A stretch of DNA of 46,186 bases from Amoeboaphelidium occidentale. Lineage: Eukaryota. Within the stretch, counting starts at the first letter, position 1. Each line of letters opens with the position of its first letter. The notes under the pieces were generated by a model that saw only the letters and a list, made by a program, of their open reading frames with translations, was not told the DNA's origin and ran no database searches. The position numbers were made by a program, and so were the translations under genes. Shown piece by piece: positions 21,807-32,338 of the stretch. The stretch spans positions 1-46,186 of the forward strand of contig JALGPX010000110.1 of NCBI GenBank assembly GCA_023515795.1, written 5' to 3'.

Positions 21807-22667
21807 ATGTCACTTCACTTTCGATGGGATAAATTGGACGAAGAAGCATCGCTTAAGGCTGCTGATACTTTGCGGGATTTCATTGGAAACTCCGAATTGC
21901 CAGAATGGCTTAGAAGGTTGGAAGTTAAAGATTTTCAATGGGGCGATGTTGCGCCAGAGATCGAGATTGTTGATATTACGGATGTGTTCAGTGCCTTTAG
22001 GGAATACACACCATCAAGGAAATACAAGGAACAATCAATTATTAACTCCACACGGTCAAGCCCTGTTAGGGAATACTTTGATCAGACGAAATCGCAGAAT
22101 GGTGGTAAACGCACTTCCAACTCTTTGGTATCTTCAGGACTCGACAAGAGCTTCTCTTCTTCGGCGAGCGATATGGAAGATTCTATAAGTGCTGGCCTTT
22201 CAAATTCCTTTGGTGGCGCAGGCGGAGCTTTTGTTCCGAATCCGTTTGATGTTCAGTTCATCGTGTCATTCAAATACGATGGGAACATGCGCATTGGCTT
22301 AGAGGCTGAGTTCTCTCTGAATTATCCAACTTTCCAATTTTTATCGCTTCCGGTTGCTGTTAATGTAACGCATATTTCAATGAGTGCAACAGCTGTTATT
22401 GGGTTTGTTGGTTCCCATTTGCATTTGTGTCTGCTGAAATCCAATGATCTTAAACTTGGGCTACCTTTGGAATCTCCGAGTCTCAATATGAATATGGAAT
22501 GGGAAGTTGGTGATACAGAAAAGCAAGTTCTTAGAGATACCTCAAAGCTGGAGCGTTTCGTAATTGAAGTTCTACACAAGTTCATTTGGGAAAGATTTGT
22601 ATTTCCAAACTTTCATACAGTCGAGCTCACCAGTGCTGACGATCAGTCTACGGGAGGTGTAGATTAA
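21807..22667 (+). CDS. MDM12: ERMES subunit Mdm12 (SMP domain)
   Basis: MSLHFRWDKL..LPEWLRRLEVKDFQWGDVAPEIEIVDITD; LNYPTFQFLSLPV; EVGDTEKQVLRDTSKLERF..FVFPNF. Confidence 0.88.
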   Translation: MSLHFRWDKLDEEASLKAADTLRDFIGNSELPEWLRRLEVKDFQWGDVAPEIEIVDITDVFSAFREYTPSRKYKEQSIINSTRSSPVREYFDQTKSQNGGKRTSNSLVSSGLDKSFSSSASDMEDSISAGLSNSFGGAGGAFVPNPFDVQFIVSFKYDGNMRIGLEAEFSLNYPTFQFLSLPVAVNVTHISMSATAVIGFVGSHLHLCLLKSNDLKLGLPLESPSLNMNMEWEVGDTEKQVLRDTSKLERFVIEVLHKFIWERFVFPNFHTVELTSADDQSTGGVD

Positions 22668-22679
22668 GTTCTATTTGAT

Positions 22680-24327
22680 CTACTCACATGCCAATTTTGC
22701 ATCGAAACTTGTTAAGGCAATTGAAAATGATTGTAGTGCATTCAACGGGTACTGGAAATCCATGGAGAATGTAGATTCATTAACTCTTCCAAACTGCATC
22801 ACAATATAATCCGCTGAATAGGTTAATTTCTTTGTTAATTTTGAGAAAGAGACTTACGATCATTCTCATGTATGATTTGAAAGTTCTTGACACTTGCCAC
22901 AGTAACACGACCGCTGAAATTCAACACATAGGAGCGGGTGTCTTCATTCCATTGAGGTGGTTTGTTATGTAGAACAACAAGATCCTTTGCTTGTCCAACC
23001 CGATATCTTTCTAGTATTGTATCTTTCTCAAGTTCGGGCTTAAAAACCACTGGATTTCCATCTTTTTGGATTGCTGGTATCAAAGCTGTCATTTTCCTCG
23101 GACCTTTTAAACCCAAAACATTTGTTTCCTTTAAGTTAAAAAGCAACTTTTCAGTAGCAAACTTACGAAAATAACCGACGCATATTCTCTCCGTATCGAT
23201 GTGCTCCTTGAATTGCTGTCTTTTTCTTTGAAGGGGTTCATACCAGAGTCGTAAATTGTGAACGAAGTGCCAAGGAAGTTCGCTCGTATTTTTCCAACAA
23301 CATCTTCCTTCTGTTTGTTATCTCTGAGTTTTGTTGAAGATATCACATAATTAGCACTTGCGCTTTTCTTTCGTTTTCTGGCACTCATTAAAAATATGTC
23401 TCCCATTGTTGGATGCTCAAAGAAAACTTCGTAGTAAGGATACCATTGTTTTCCAACGCCTTCTTTAGATCGCACTATTTTACACAACATCTTCTGTCCA
23501 ACTTCAGCATTTTTATGAATGAATTCTCTGTGAGTTAACCCATTCAGAGCTTTCCTTTCATTGATTTCTTCTGTGCTTTCACTGCCTTTTTTTAGAAAGT
23601 TCTTTTTGATGTCTGCTGTTTCATCTTGATCATCAGAATCTTCAGTTGGTTCATTCGGTGCAGATTGATTACTATTAGAGGTTTCAGCTTTTCCTGTTGA
23701 GACTTCGGGGTCGTTGCTTTCATTCTTTGGGCTTTTAGAACGTGATACTTCTTGTGGTGCCAGAGCTTCTGGTGGTCTTGATGATTGCATATTGGTCGTA
23801 TTTTGAGTAGACGGTGCTATTGATGTTCCTGCAACATGTTGTAGAGAATCTTCAGAATCTGTTGCATCATTTCCTGACATTTGATTATATGAACCCGATC
23901 GAGGTTCATTCCCATCAGCTTTTATAGTTTGATCATGCGGAGTCTTGTCGGCTGGATTAGTTACTTCGGACTGTCTCTCCTTTTGTGAATGATTTGGTTT
24001 AGTATTTGATGACTTTATCAACACGACATCGTCTGGGATGTATGGTTTCACCTCTGTGTCAAACGATGAAGCATTAGACGTTGCAGAGGTTGGTGACTTT
24101 GGTGATAATGGCTCTCCGGAGACAGGTGATCTTGCGGTATTCGGTCTGATGCCTGGTGGTATTGATGCGGCTCCAGTTGTCGGTAAAATCGATCCTTTAA
24201 GTTCCAACTGCTTTCTTCTTTTCTGCTCTGCAAGCTCCTTCTGCTTTAGTAGCCTCTGCATTTTCAGCGATTCCGGATCATTATCACTGAGTGATGAAGT
24301 TGTCACAGGTCTATCAGCTTGAGACAT
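22680..24327 (-). CDS. Tubby-family protein (3 exons)
   Basis: [79 protein letters not shown], last exon [17 protein letters not shown] ending at 22680. Confidence 0.93.
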
Positions 24328-24414
24328 TGAACAATTCCTAAAATAGCATTCGAAACTCGCGAACTTCACTTGAAACAAGAAGTAATTAATTAAAAAGACC
24401 TTTATTGTTGGTAT

Positions 24415-25497
24415 TTAAAGAAGCTGAGATAGAGCCATTACTGAAGCAATTAGGAGCATCCAAGATGGCACGACTGTAGAAGCACCAGAGATCTGACCGT
24501 TGTCATCAATATCATCAGGAGTTGTGGTTGGGATCAAAGTTGTGGTTGCAGTTGAGCTCGTGCTTGAAGATGAAGATGATGTGGAGGTTTTGGTAGAAGT
24601 TGAGCTAGTGGAGGTAGTGGTTTTGGTTGTAGAGGTTGAAGTTGAAGTCGAGGTCGATGAAGAAGTGGAGGTTGATGTTTTGGTGTTGGTGCCAATGACG
24701 CAGAAGTCAGCAAAATTGATTCCACCATACACGCTGTCCATAAGATCAAACATGAACTTTGCTTGATCACGTAGTTTGTTTCTTGTGTCAATACTGTATG
24801 CAAAACGAATGGAGTTGTGATAGATCATTGAAGCAACTGCGAACATCTCATAATGATTTGATCTTAAGTATGCGCCAGTGAATAAATCTGGTCTTGCTGC
24901 CAAATCCAAATCGTAGACTGAAATTATCTTATCGGATATCTTTTTGAATTCAGGCAAGTCATCAATTGCAGCGTTCAAAGCATGAGCGAATTCGTGTTGC
25001 AATACATTTTCACCCAAATAAGCGCCATTAGGTGCTTTTGCAACACTAGGACCATCAACATAAATAGCTTTGTAAGGGCGTATTGAATTTGCCCACATAA
25101 AGACAGCCTTGTATGCATCATAGTGATCAGCTTCGGGGAAATCCAATGCACTCTGAGAACCATCCATCAAGACGATCACAATACCAGCTGATCCCAAGTA
25201 AGAACATAGCTTGGCAGTTTTTTCAGCTGAACACATGCTGTTAACCGTGTATAGAGCATTGATCAAAGCATATTTGTGAGTTGCATCGTTCGTATACTTA
25301 TCGGATGCAGTAATAACAATACCAGATGAATGCTTGACGTATTTTTCGTAATATGTTGGTAACTTGGCGGTTCCTGACACGATAACCTTTCCATCATTAG
25401 TTTTTATGGAAGGATCAGGGCATGTTGCATCAATTAATGCTGAAACAGTTGACAACAACAAAGATAATGTGTAAGCAGAGAATGTTGTAAGTTTCAT
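24415..25497 (-). CDS. Secreted, probably GPI-anchored zincin-like (HEXXH) protein with Ser/Thr stalk
   Basis: Signal peptide MKLTTFSAYTLSLLLSTVSA; HEFAH at 24982-24996 followed by YLRSNHYEMFA; S/T-rich tract; hydrophobic C-terminus. Confidence 0.75.
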   Translation of the reverse strand: MKLTTFSAYTLSLLLSTVSALIDATCPDPSIKTNDGKVIVSGTAKLPTYYEKYVKHSSGIVITASDKYTNDATHKYALINALYTVNSMCSAEKTAKLCSYLGSAGIVIVLMDGSQSALDFPEADHYDAYKAVFMWANSIRPYKAIYVDGPSVAKAPNGAYLGENVLQHEFAHALNAAIDDLPEFKKISDKIISVYDLDLAARPDLFTGAYLRSNHYEMFAVASMIYHNSIRFAYSIDTRNKLRDQAKFMFDLMDSVYGGINFADFCVIGTNTKTSTSTSSSTSTSTSTSTTKTTTSTSSTSTKTSTSSSSSSTSSTATTTLIPTTTPDDIDDNGQISGASTVVPSWMLLIASVMALSQLL

Positions 25498-25702
25498 TTG
25501 TAATGTTTTGAATTTAACGATACTTCACGACTTCGTCCCTGAGTTTATGTACCATTCGTCCATATTGAAATTAGCATCAGATGTTACTAATTCAATTTAG
25601 ACTAATCTCCTGTGGTGCTGCAACATATTATACGTCACCCGCATCGTTAAGTCATCAGGCAACATGTAAAAGTATCATAAGTCTGATCATCGGCACGTTT
25701 TG

Positions 25703-26833
25703 ATGTTGAAGATGATTCAAAGTGTCAAACTTGTGAACAAAGTAGAAACCGATGGTCCAGAGAACTTGAATGTATCAAATAAGAATATCATTGAATTATT
25801 CTCTGTTCCTGTAACAGATAGCACTTCTCTTATGGCCTGCACTTTTACAGAACCTCCTGTTCCTAAAGACATCGCATTTGATTATCAAGTCAGCTATCCA
25901 AAGAATGCAACCGATTATGTGATAACAATGATATCAAATGCTGCAATTGAAATCGATCTTATGAAGGAAGTACTGAAGACTTTTGGAGTGAAGGGCGTAT
26001 ATCTTCGACATGCAAAACGTCTTTGTTCTTCTAATGGCTGTGCCAAAGTTCTGGAATTGCTGGTGTCGTGCGCCAGAGATGAAATACCTGCTCAAGAGCT
26101 AAGGCTTTTGGAAATTAAGTACTCGACCACAAATATTGCTATCCAGCTGGATTCTCCTTTCCGAAAGCACAAACGCTTGGCTGTGTTTGACATGGACTCA
26201 ACTTTAATTCAACAAGAGGTCATTGATGAATTGGCACGAGAGGCAGGTGTAATGGAACAAGTAAAGAGTATCACACACAGAGCTATGAATGGGGAATTAG
26301 ACTTTAAGGCATCTCTTAAAGAACGTGTTGCTCTTTTGGCTGGATCGCCTGTTTCAATTATCGATACAGTCAGGCAGCGTTTATCGTTTACTCCTGGCGC
26401 AAAAGAATTATGCAAAGGACTTAGAAAGTTGGGATGTAAAATGGCTGTTATCTCGGGTGGTTTCATTCCTCTGGCAAAAGTTGTTCAAGAGGAGTTAGGT
26501 TTAGATTATGCTTTCGCGAATAATTTGGCTGTTTCAACAGATGGAGCTGAATTGGTTGGTGAAACTTATGGGCCAGTAGTTGATGGTGTTCGTAAGGCTG
26601 AGCTTCTAGTCACTCTATCGCAATTAAACAATATCTCCAGAGAACAGGTTTTATCAGTTGGTGACGGTGCTAATGATCTTCTAATGCTCGCAGAAGCTGG
26701 AACAGGAATTGCTTTCAATGCAAAACCAAAAGTACAAGAAAAAGCCGCTATTAGGTTAAACAAGCCAAGTTTAGTTGACGTTTTCTACTTGATGGGTTTC
26801 ACTGAGGAGGAGATAAGAGAATTAATCAATTAA
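25703..26833 (+). CDS. SER2: Phosphoserine phosphatase (SerB/Ser2, HAD family) with N-terminal extension
   Basis: AVFDMDSTLIQQEVIDELA, AMNGELDFKASLKERVALL, AVISGGF, SVGDGANDLLML, AFNAKPKV. Confidence 0.93.
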   Translation: MLKMIQSVKLVNKVETDGPENLNVSNKNIIELFSVPVTDSTSLMACTFTEPPVPKDIAFDYQVSYPKNATDYVITMISNAAIEIDLMKEVLKTFGVKGVYLRHAKRLCSSNGCAKVLELLVSCARDEIPAQELRLLEIKYSTTNIAIQLDSPFRKHKRLAVFDMDSTLIQQEVIDELAREAGVMEQVKSITHRAMNGELDFKASLKERVALLAGSPVSIIDTVRQRLSFTPGAKELCKGLRKLGCKMAVISGGFIPLAKVVQEELGLDYAFANNLAVSTDGAELVGETYGPVVDGVRKAELLVTLSQLNNISREQVLSVGDGANDLLMLAEAGTGIAFNAKPKVQEKAAIRLNKPSLVDVFYLMGFTEEEIRELIN

Positions 26834-26863
26834 AATGTCAAAAAATTCTCATATTTATTTGAA

Positions 26864-27928
26864 TTATAAGTCAGCCTTCATGACAACTCTGTACCTAACT
26901 TTACCGTGATGGACACGATCAATAGCTTCATTCACTTCCTTCATTGGACATTGCTCAATCCATGGTTTAACATCATGTTCGGCTGCAAATGCCAACATCT
27001 TTTCGATTCCTGCTTGAGAACCAATTAACGAACCACTCATTGTGACTTGCTTCATGATCAACGCACTTGGCATGATCTTTAATTCTTCTTCAGGCAATGC
27101 TAGCAAAACCAGAGTTCCTTCCGTCTTCAAAAAATTTAAATAATTTCCCCATGGCTGACCTTTGTGGTTGCTAGTGACCAACAACAGATCCAAAGTACCA
27201 GAGAGATCTTGAACATTTTGCTTCTCAGAAATATTTGCAAAAGTCTTGGCACCGAGCTTAGTACATTCATCCTTCTTGGAAGCGGAATGAGAGACAGCTA
27301 CAACATGTGCACCCATTTTACTTGCAAACTGAATCGCCAAATGTCCCAAACCACCAATTCCAACAACACCAACCTTCATGCCAGGCCCAACCCTATAACG
27401 ATCCAAAGGACTGAACACAGTGATACCAGCACACAACAAAGGGGCAGCGACTTCCAAACTCAATTTATCTGGAATAACAAAAGCGTAATCAGCCGGAACA
27501 CGAACTGCTTCAGCGTAACCACCATAAGCAATACAACCATCAGAGTACTTTGCATTATAAGTGAAAACTTTCTTTGGACACAAATTGTCTCTGCCATTTG
27601 AGCATTCAGAACAGGATGGTTCCCTGCACGCAAAAACCATGGCACCAACACCAACTCGATCTCCAACTTTGCATCTTGTGACTTTTGGACCTGCAGCAAC
27701 AACTTTACCAGTGATTTCATGCCCAACAACAACAGGATACTGAGTAGGACCCCAACCAGAAGTCAAAGTGTGGATATCGGAAGCACAAATACCGCAATGT
27801 TCAATTTTGATCTCGACATCGTTCTCACCCAAAGGCCTTGGAGTGTAGGACCACTTCTGCAATGGCTCGCCATTCTTCAAACAGGCGTACGCTTTGAATT
27901 GCTTAGAATTGTTATCTTCGTTGGTCAT
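26864..27928 (-). CDS. Zn-dependent NADP alcohol dehydrogenase (CAD/Adh6 type)
   Basis: CGICASDIH, VVGHEITG, GDRVGVG, APLLCAGITVFSPL, GIGGLGHLAIQFA, VRYRVV. Confidence 0.95.
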   Translation of the reverse strand: MTNEDNNSKQFKAYACLKNGEPLQKWSYTPRPLGENDVEIKIEHCGICASDIHTLTSGWGPTQYPVVVGHEITGKVVAAGPKVTRCKVGDRVGVGAMVFACREPSCSECSNGRDNLCPKKVFTYNAKYSDGCIAYGGYAEAVRVPADYAFVIPDKLSLEVAAPLLCAGITVFSPLDRYRVGPGMKVGVVGIGGLGHLAIQFASKMGAHVVAVSHSASKKDECTKLGAKTFANISEKQNVQDLSGTLDLLLVTSNHKGQPWGNYLNFLKTEGTLVLLALPEEELKIMPSALIMKQVTMSGSLIGSQAGIEKMLAFAAEHDVKPWIEQCPMKEVNEAIDRVHHGKVRYRVVMKADL

Positions 27929-28321
27929 GAGTGATTTTTTTGAAGGAAGAAGTGAGCGATTTTCTGTCGCAGTCGAAACAGCTCGCGTGCTTACGTCAAC
28001 AACGCAACAACCAAGTCGGCGGTCTTCTTCAAAAATTCCTTAAGCTCGTGAGAATTCTGCTAAGTTGAAGCGTTCTGAGATGAAATTTCTATTCTATCGT
28101 TCCTTTTAACTGCCTCAACATCTTGTAACGCTCTCCTTCTGATCTCTGAAATCCAAGAACTTGAACTACAATGAAGTATCCCTTGCGTATCTCGCTAGCT
28201 TAAGATATGAGCGTGAAATTTAGTCGGTCAAGAGACCTGATTCCCCAAGAGATTTACGGCATCGTGTGAATTTCCTACAGATTCAAAGTCAAACAACTTC
28301 TGAACCTTCTGTCTCTACAAC

Positions 28322-30254
28322 ATGACGTCCTACGAAAGATACAAACACTCAAAAGTAGTTAAAGCTCCTTCATTCGATGTAAAGAAGTTGGCCCATTTGC
28401 TTGAGAATGACAACCATGAGAAACGAAAGGCCTTCAAGGAATTCGCAAAGGATCCGCTCTTCATTCCTCGTTTCGATGTGTCCCTGCGCTATGAAAGAGA
28501 ACTAGCTCTGGAGAGGCTGAAGAGATTAGGTGAGCTTTTGGTATTCCGTTTGTTATTGCTTAACTCTTTTTCTAATTGCAGGAGAGAATGGCCATGTGAA
28601 TGTGTTTGACTTTGAAACGAATCCTTTGAATATCTTTGCTAGCCACGAGGTTGGTGGTCTTATTGATGGTTCTATGGCAACGAAGATGACTGTCCAGTTC
28701 AATTTATTTGGTGGGACTGTTCTGAAGTTGGGCACTGAGAGGCACAGGGAATTGTTGAAGAAGGTTAATGATTTCTCAGCCGTTGGTTGTTTCGCTTTGA
28801 CTGAGCTTGGCTACGGAAACAATGCCGTCGAAATGGAGACGACAGCCACTTGGGATAGCAGAACTAAAGAGTTCATTATTCATACTCCATCAGTGTTGGC
28901 TCAGAAGTATTGGATTACTAACTCTGCTGTTCATGCTAAATGGGCTGTCGTATTTGCACAGTTGCTGATGAATGGAACTAATGAAGGCATTCATGCGTTC
29001 CTTGTTCGTATCAGAGAAGAAGACATGTCTGTTTCACCTGGTGTTGTCATTGAAGATATGGGACACAAGTTTGAATGTAACGGAGTTGATAATGGTAAAT
29101 TATGGTTCAAGAATGTTCGTATTCCTCGTGAAAACTTGTTAAACAGGTACTCCGATGTCACACCTGAAGGCAAGTACGTTTCCAAGATCAAGGAAAAGAG
29201 AGCGAGATTCTTAACGGTTGCTGATCAATTATTGAGTGGTCGTTTGTGTATCGCAAGTATGTGTGGCTCTTCTGCAAAATTGTGTTTGGCTATTGCCTTT
29301 AGATATGCTGCTGGAAGATTGACTGTTGGTCCAACAGGTAAATCTGATACTCCAATTTTGGATTATCAATTGCAACAGAGAGCTTTATTGCCTCTTTTGT
29401 CTCGTGCCATTTGCTTCCACATTGGTTTGAATTACGTCAAGAAGAGATGGGCTAATGGAACTAAAGCTGATCACGAAGAAGTTGTGAGATTGTGCTGTGT
29501 TATTAAACCGCTTGTTACTTGGAACGTTGAGAGAATTGCTACTGTCTGCAGAGAACGTTGTGGAGGACAGGGATACTTGAGTTGCAACAGATTCGGACAA
29601 AATGTCGGATTTGCTCATGCGGGTATGACTGCAGAAGGTGATAACTCTGTCTTGATGCAGAAAGTTGCCAAAGAATTGCTGGCTTCTGTTCAAAAGGGAA
29701 AGACTCAGCTTCCTTTAGTTTCTGATGCACAGAATGCCCAAGAATGGGATTTGGAAGACATCAATAATTTATTGAAGTTGTTCCAGCTGCAGGAAATCGC
29801 GTATGTCAAACAGTTGGCTGGAACCATGAAGGAAAAGATTTCCAAGGGCCAATCTTTGTTTGATGTTTGGATGAAGCAAGAAAGTGATACCATTCAAACC
29901 TTGTCAAAAGCCCACGGTGAAAGAATATGCTTAGAGCAAGTAATGGAACAAATTCGCTTATCTGATGATAAGGGAATTAAACAGATCTTGACTCAGCTTG
30001 CAATTCTGTTTGCATTGTCTTTGATCGAGGAACGTTTATCCTGGTATTTGACTACAGGTTTGATTTCTTTGCAGAAGGGTAAATTGGTGCCACAGTTGGT
30101 TAGAAAGTATTGTGCATTGCTCGCTCCACAAAGTTTGAACCTTGTAGACTCATTTGATATTCCTGAACATTTGATTCAGGCGCCTATTGCTCACAACTGG
30201 GCAAAATACAATGAAACTGACAACAAGGGTGAATTATTGCATGCGCGATTGTAA
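28322..30254 (+). CDS. Peroxisomal acyl-CoA oxidase (intron 28530-28581)
   Basis: [48 protein letters not shown]-terminal PTS1-like ARL. Confidence 0.93.
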
Positions 30255-30288
30255 TAAACAAAATTTCATTTAGTCATTAAATAATTAA

Positions 30289-32256
30289 TCAAGCGGCGTC
30301 TATGAAGACAACCTTGGCTGGATCAGCTTCTTTCCAGTAAACTCTATGCAAACGGTATATAAAATCAGAGAAAGTACTGGATTCAGTTCCAATGACAGCC
30401 GATCCTCGTGAGCACACGTATTGCTCAACAAAAGGAACCCAAAGCTTCCCAAAAGTAGAAATAGGAGCTTTCTTAGTTTCCGCTTCTTTGCTTGCTTTCT
30501 GTTCCTTTAGGAGATATCGAGCCATCGATGTGAAAAGTCCTTTGATATAGGCCGTTTGCGTCAACCAATCAAATTTTCTGTCTTTGTCTTGCCTAGTAAA
30601 CAGGATATCAACTTGATTAAGCAGTAGTGACATTTCACTTTCCCATTCTGACGATATATTCTCAAGATTCTTTAGTCTCCAAGAATCTATGTCCTTGAAG
30701 ACGTTTGTGATAATGTCAGTAAAATCATCAAGGTAAACTATTTTTGTGGATATTGAATAGAGTTGCTTAAACAAATAAGCTCTCTCTGACTTGGGGCAGT
30801 CGGTAGCAATGAACAAAGTAAGCGACATCCCTTCGTTTAAGCTAAACTGTTCTGAGTTCGCATTAAGTATTTTGAAAGCTCTGTCCACAGTTTCTTTGGC
30901 TTTGCTCTTAAAATGTCCATCGCCAACTCGAATATGCAATGAAACATAAGAGCCAGCACCACCAATGTCTTTGATAATGCTTTCACCTGCTTTTATCACA
31001 AATTCATTACTCAAAACGAACGCCTCTTCAATATTTTCTTTAAATATCTTGTTACTCTCGCTTATGGTACCAATTCTTCCAGAACCAAACAAAGAACCAA
31101 AATGGACCAAAGTTGGAGCATTCCATAAAGATCCCAAGTTTATAAAATGGTTGTATTTTCCAAGAGGTATTTGTGTCTTCTTTACTTTTCCAAGGTCGAA
31201 CATCTCGAACTCTGTAGTATTCAGTGGAGCAATCAAGTTGAACTCTTCAGCAGAAGAAGCGCATTTATCAAGTTTGTACTCAGAGTCAAAATACTTGGTA
31301 ACATTCGTATCCAAATCTTGTAGTTCATGAGTCAAAGAGGACCAAACGCCCAAAGATTGATCATAGTAACCACTCGTTAATTCCAACTGAAGACCCTTAG
31401 AATAACGACAAACACCAGCAAACATAACAAAGAATGAGTCTCTGTCATCCTCTGCTTTGGTTCTTGAATCCAATTTGTATTTTAAATCATTTGTTTCATT
31501 ATCAACCACAACTCCGATATTAGCACCCGGAAACTCATCAACCAGTTTATAAGCGTATCTCTCAAAGTCGGGAATTATAAGAATGTCATTCATGCTCTTG
31601 AGTAGATTTAAATCAACAAAATCAGCCACTGATATTGTTCTAACATGATCATGTAACGCTGATAAGTTCAACAGTGCGCTCCAAGGCACCAAAGCCAAAG
31701 AATTATGCGGAGATAAAAAGCTTTTGAGTAGTTCTTCAGTTTCACCTTGAAAGAACAGCCGGTTGTAATTCGTTGTCTCAACCTCTTTCAGTTGAAATCT
31801 CAAGTAAGGAAACTCACGCCAAGAGAGAACATCATCGTGACCCAAATACAATGGCGGCACTATCAAAGTCCGATTCAGAGCATAAGCAGCAAGAAAAGCG
31901 TTCTCCAATTCGATGCGTTGATTACTGAAACCAGAGTGTGGAAGATATGCGACATAACCACGAGGATCAACAGGAGGCAGAGGGTTTTTAGTCTTGCTCT
32001 CAGCCCTTCTGCTCGTTGAGAATACTTTTGGCTTCGTTCTGTCTCTGGAAAAGTTCCTGGGATGCTTCTGGTGCGCATGATCTTCTGGATAAATCTCAAT
32101 TAAAGGCTTCAGGGACTGTTTCAAATAGTATTCAGGTCTTCGGCGCTTCACCGGATTGTTCAACAGATACAAGCCCACCAGAACAAACAGAAATGCCAAC
32201 GCTGTTAAAGTAAGAAAGTAGGTGTGCCTCCGTTTAATTAAAATTCCAATGTGCAT
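30289..32256 (-). CDS. O-fucosyltransferase-family type II membrane glycosyltransferase
   Basis: N-terminal TM; YLPHSGFSNQRIELENA..LNRTLIVPP, SLHIRVGDG, LFIATD, EQYVCSRG..IGTESSTFS. Confidence 0.85.
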   Translation of the reverse strand: MHIGILIKRRHTYFLTLTALAFLFVLVGLYLLNNPVKRRRPEYYLKQSLKPLIEIYPEDHAHQKHPRNFSRDRTKPKVFSTSRRAESKTKNPLPPVDPRGYVAYLPHSGFSNQRIELENAFLAAYALNRTLIVPPLYLGHDDVLSWREFPYLRFQLKEVETTNYNRLFFQGETEELLKSFLSPHNSLALVPWSALLNLSALHDHVRTISVADFVDLNLLKSMNDILIIPDFERYAYKLVDEFPGANIGVVVDNETNDLKYKLDSRTKAEDDRDSFFVMFAGVCRYSKGLQLELTSGYYDQSLGVWSSLTHELQDLDTNVTKYFDSEYKLDKCASSAEEFNLIAPLNTTEFEMFDLGKVKKTQIPLGKYNHFINLGSLWNAPTLVHFGSLFGSGRIGTISESNKIFKENIEEAFVLSNEFVIKAGESIIKDIGGAGSYVSLHIRVGDGHFKSKAKETVDRAFKILNANSEQFSLNEGMSLTLFIATDCPKSERAYLFKQLYSISTKIVYLDDFTDIITNVFKDIDSWRLKNLENISSEWESEMSLLLNQVDILFTRQDKDRKFDWLTQTAYIKGLFTSMARYLLKEQKASKEAETKKAPISTFGKLWVPFVEQYVCSRGSAVIGTESSTFSDFIYRLHRVYWKEADPAKVVFIDAA

Positions 32257-32338
32257 TCAGAGGAATCGATCAAACGCAAACACCAGTTCAGTGTCTCTTG
32301 TAAACTTTCCACAATTTCACGAAATTTATTTAAATAAC

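Noticed and set aside
21598..22188. 196-aa overlapping ORF and other antisense or alternative-frame ORFs in the track
   Set aside because: They overlap well-supported genes in other frames and show no recognisable motifs.
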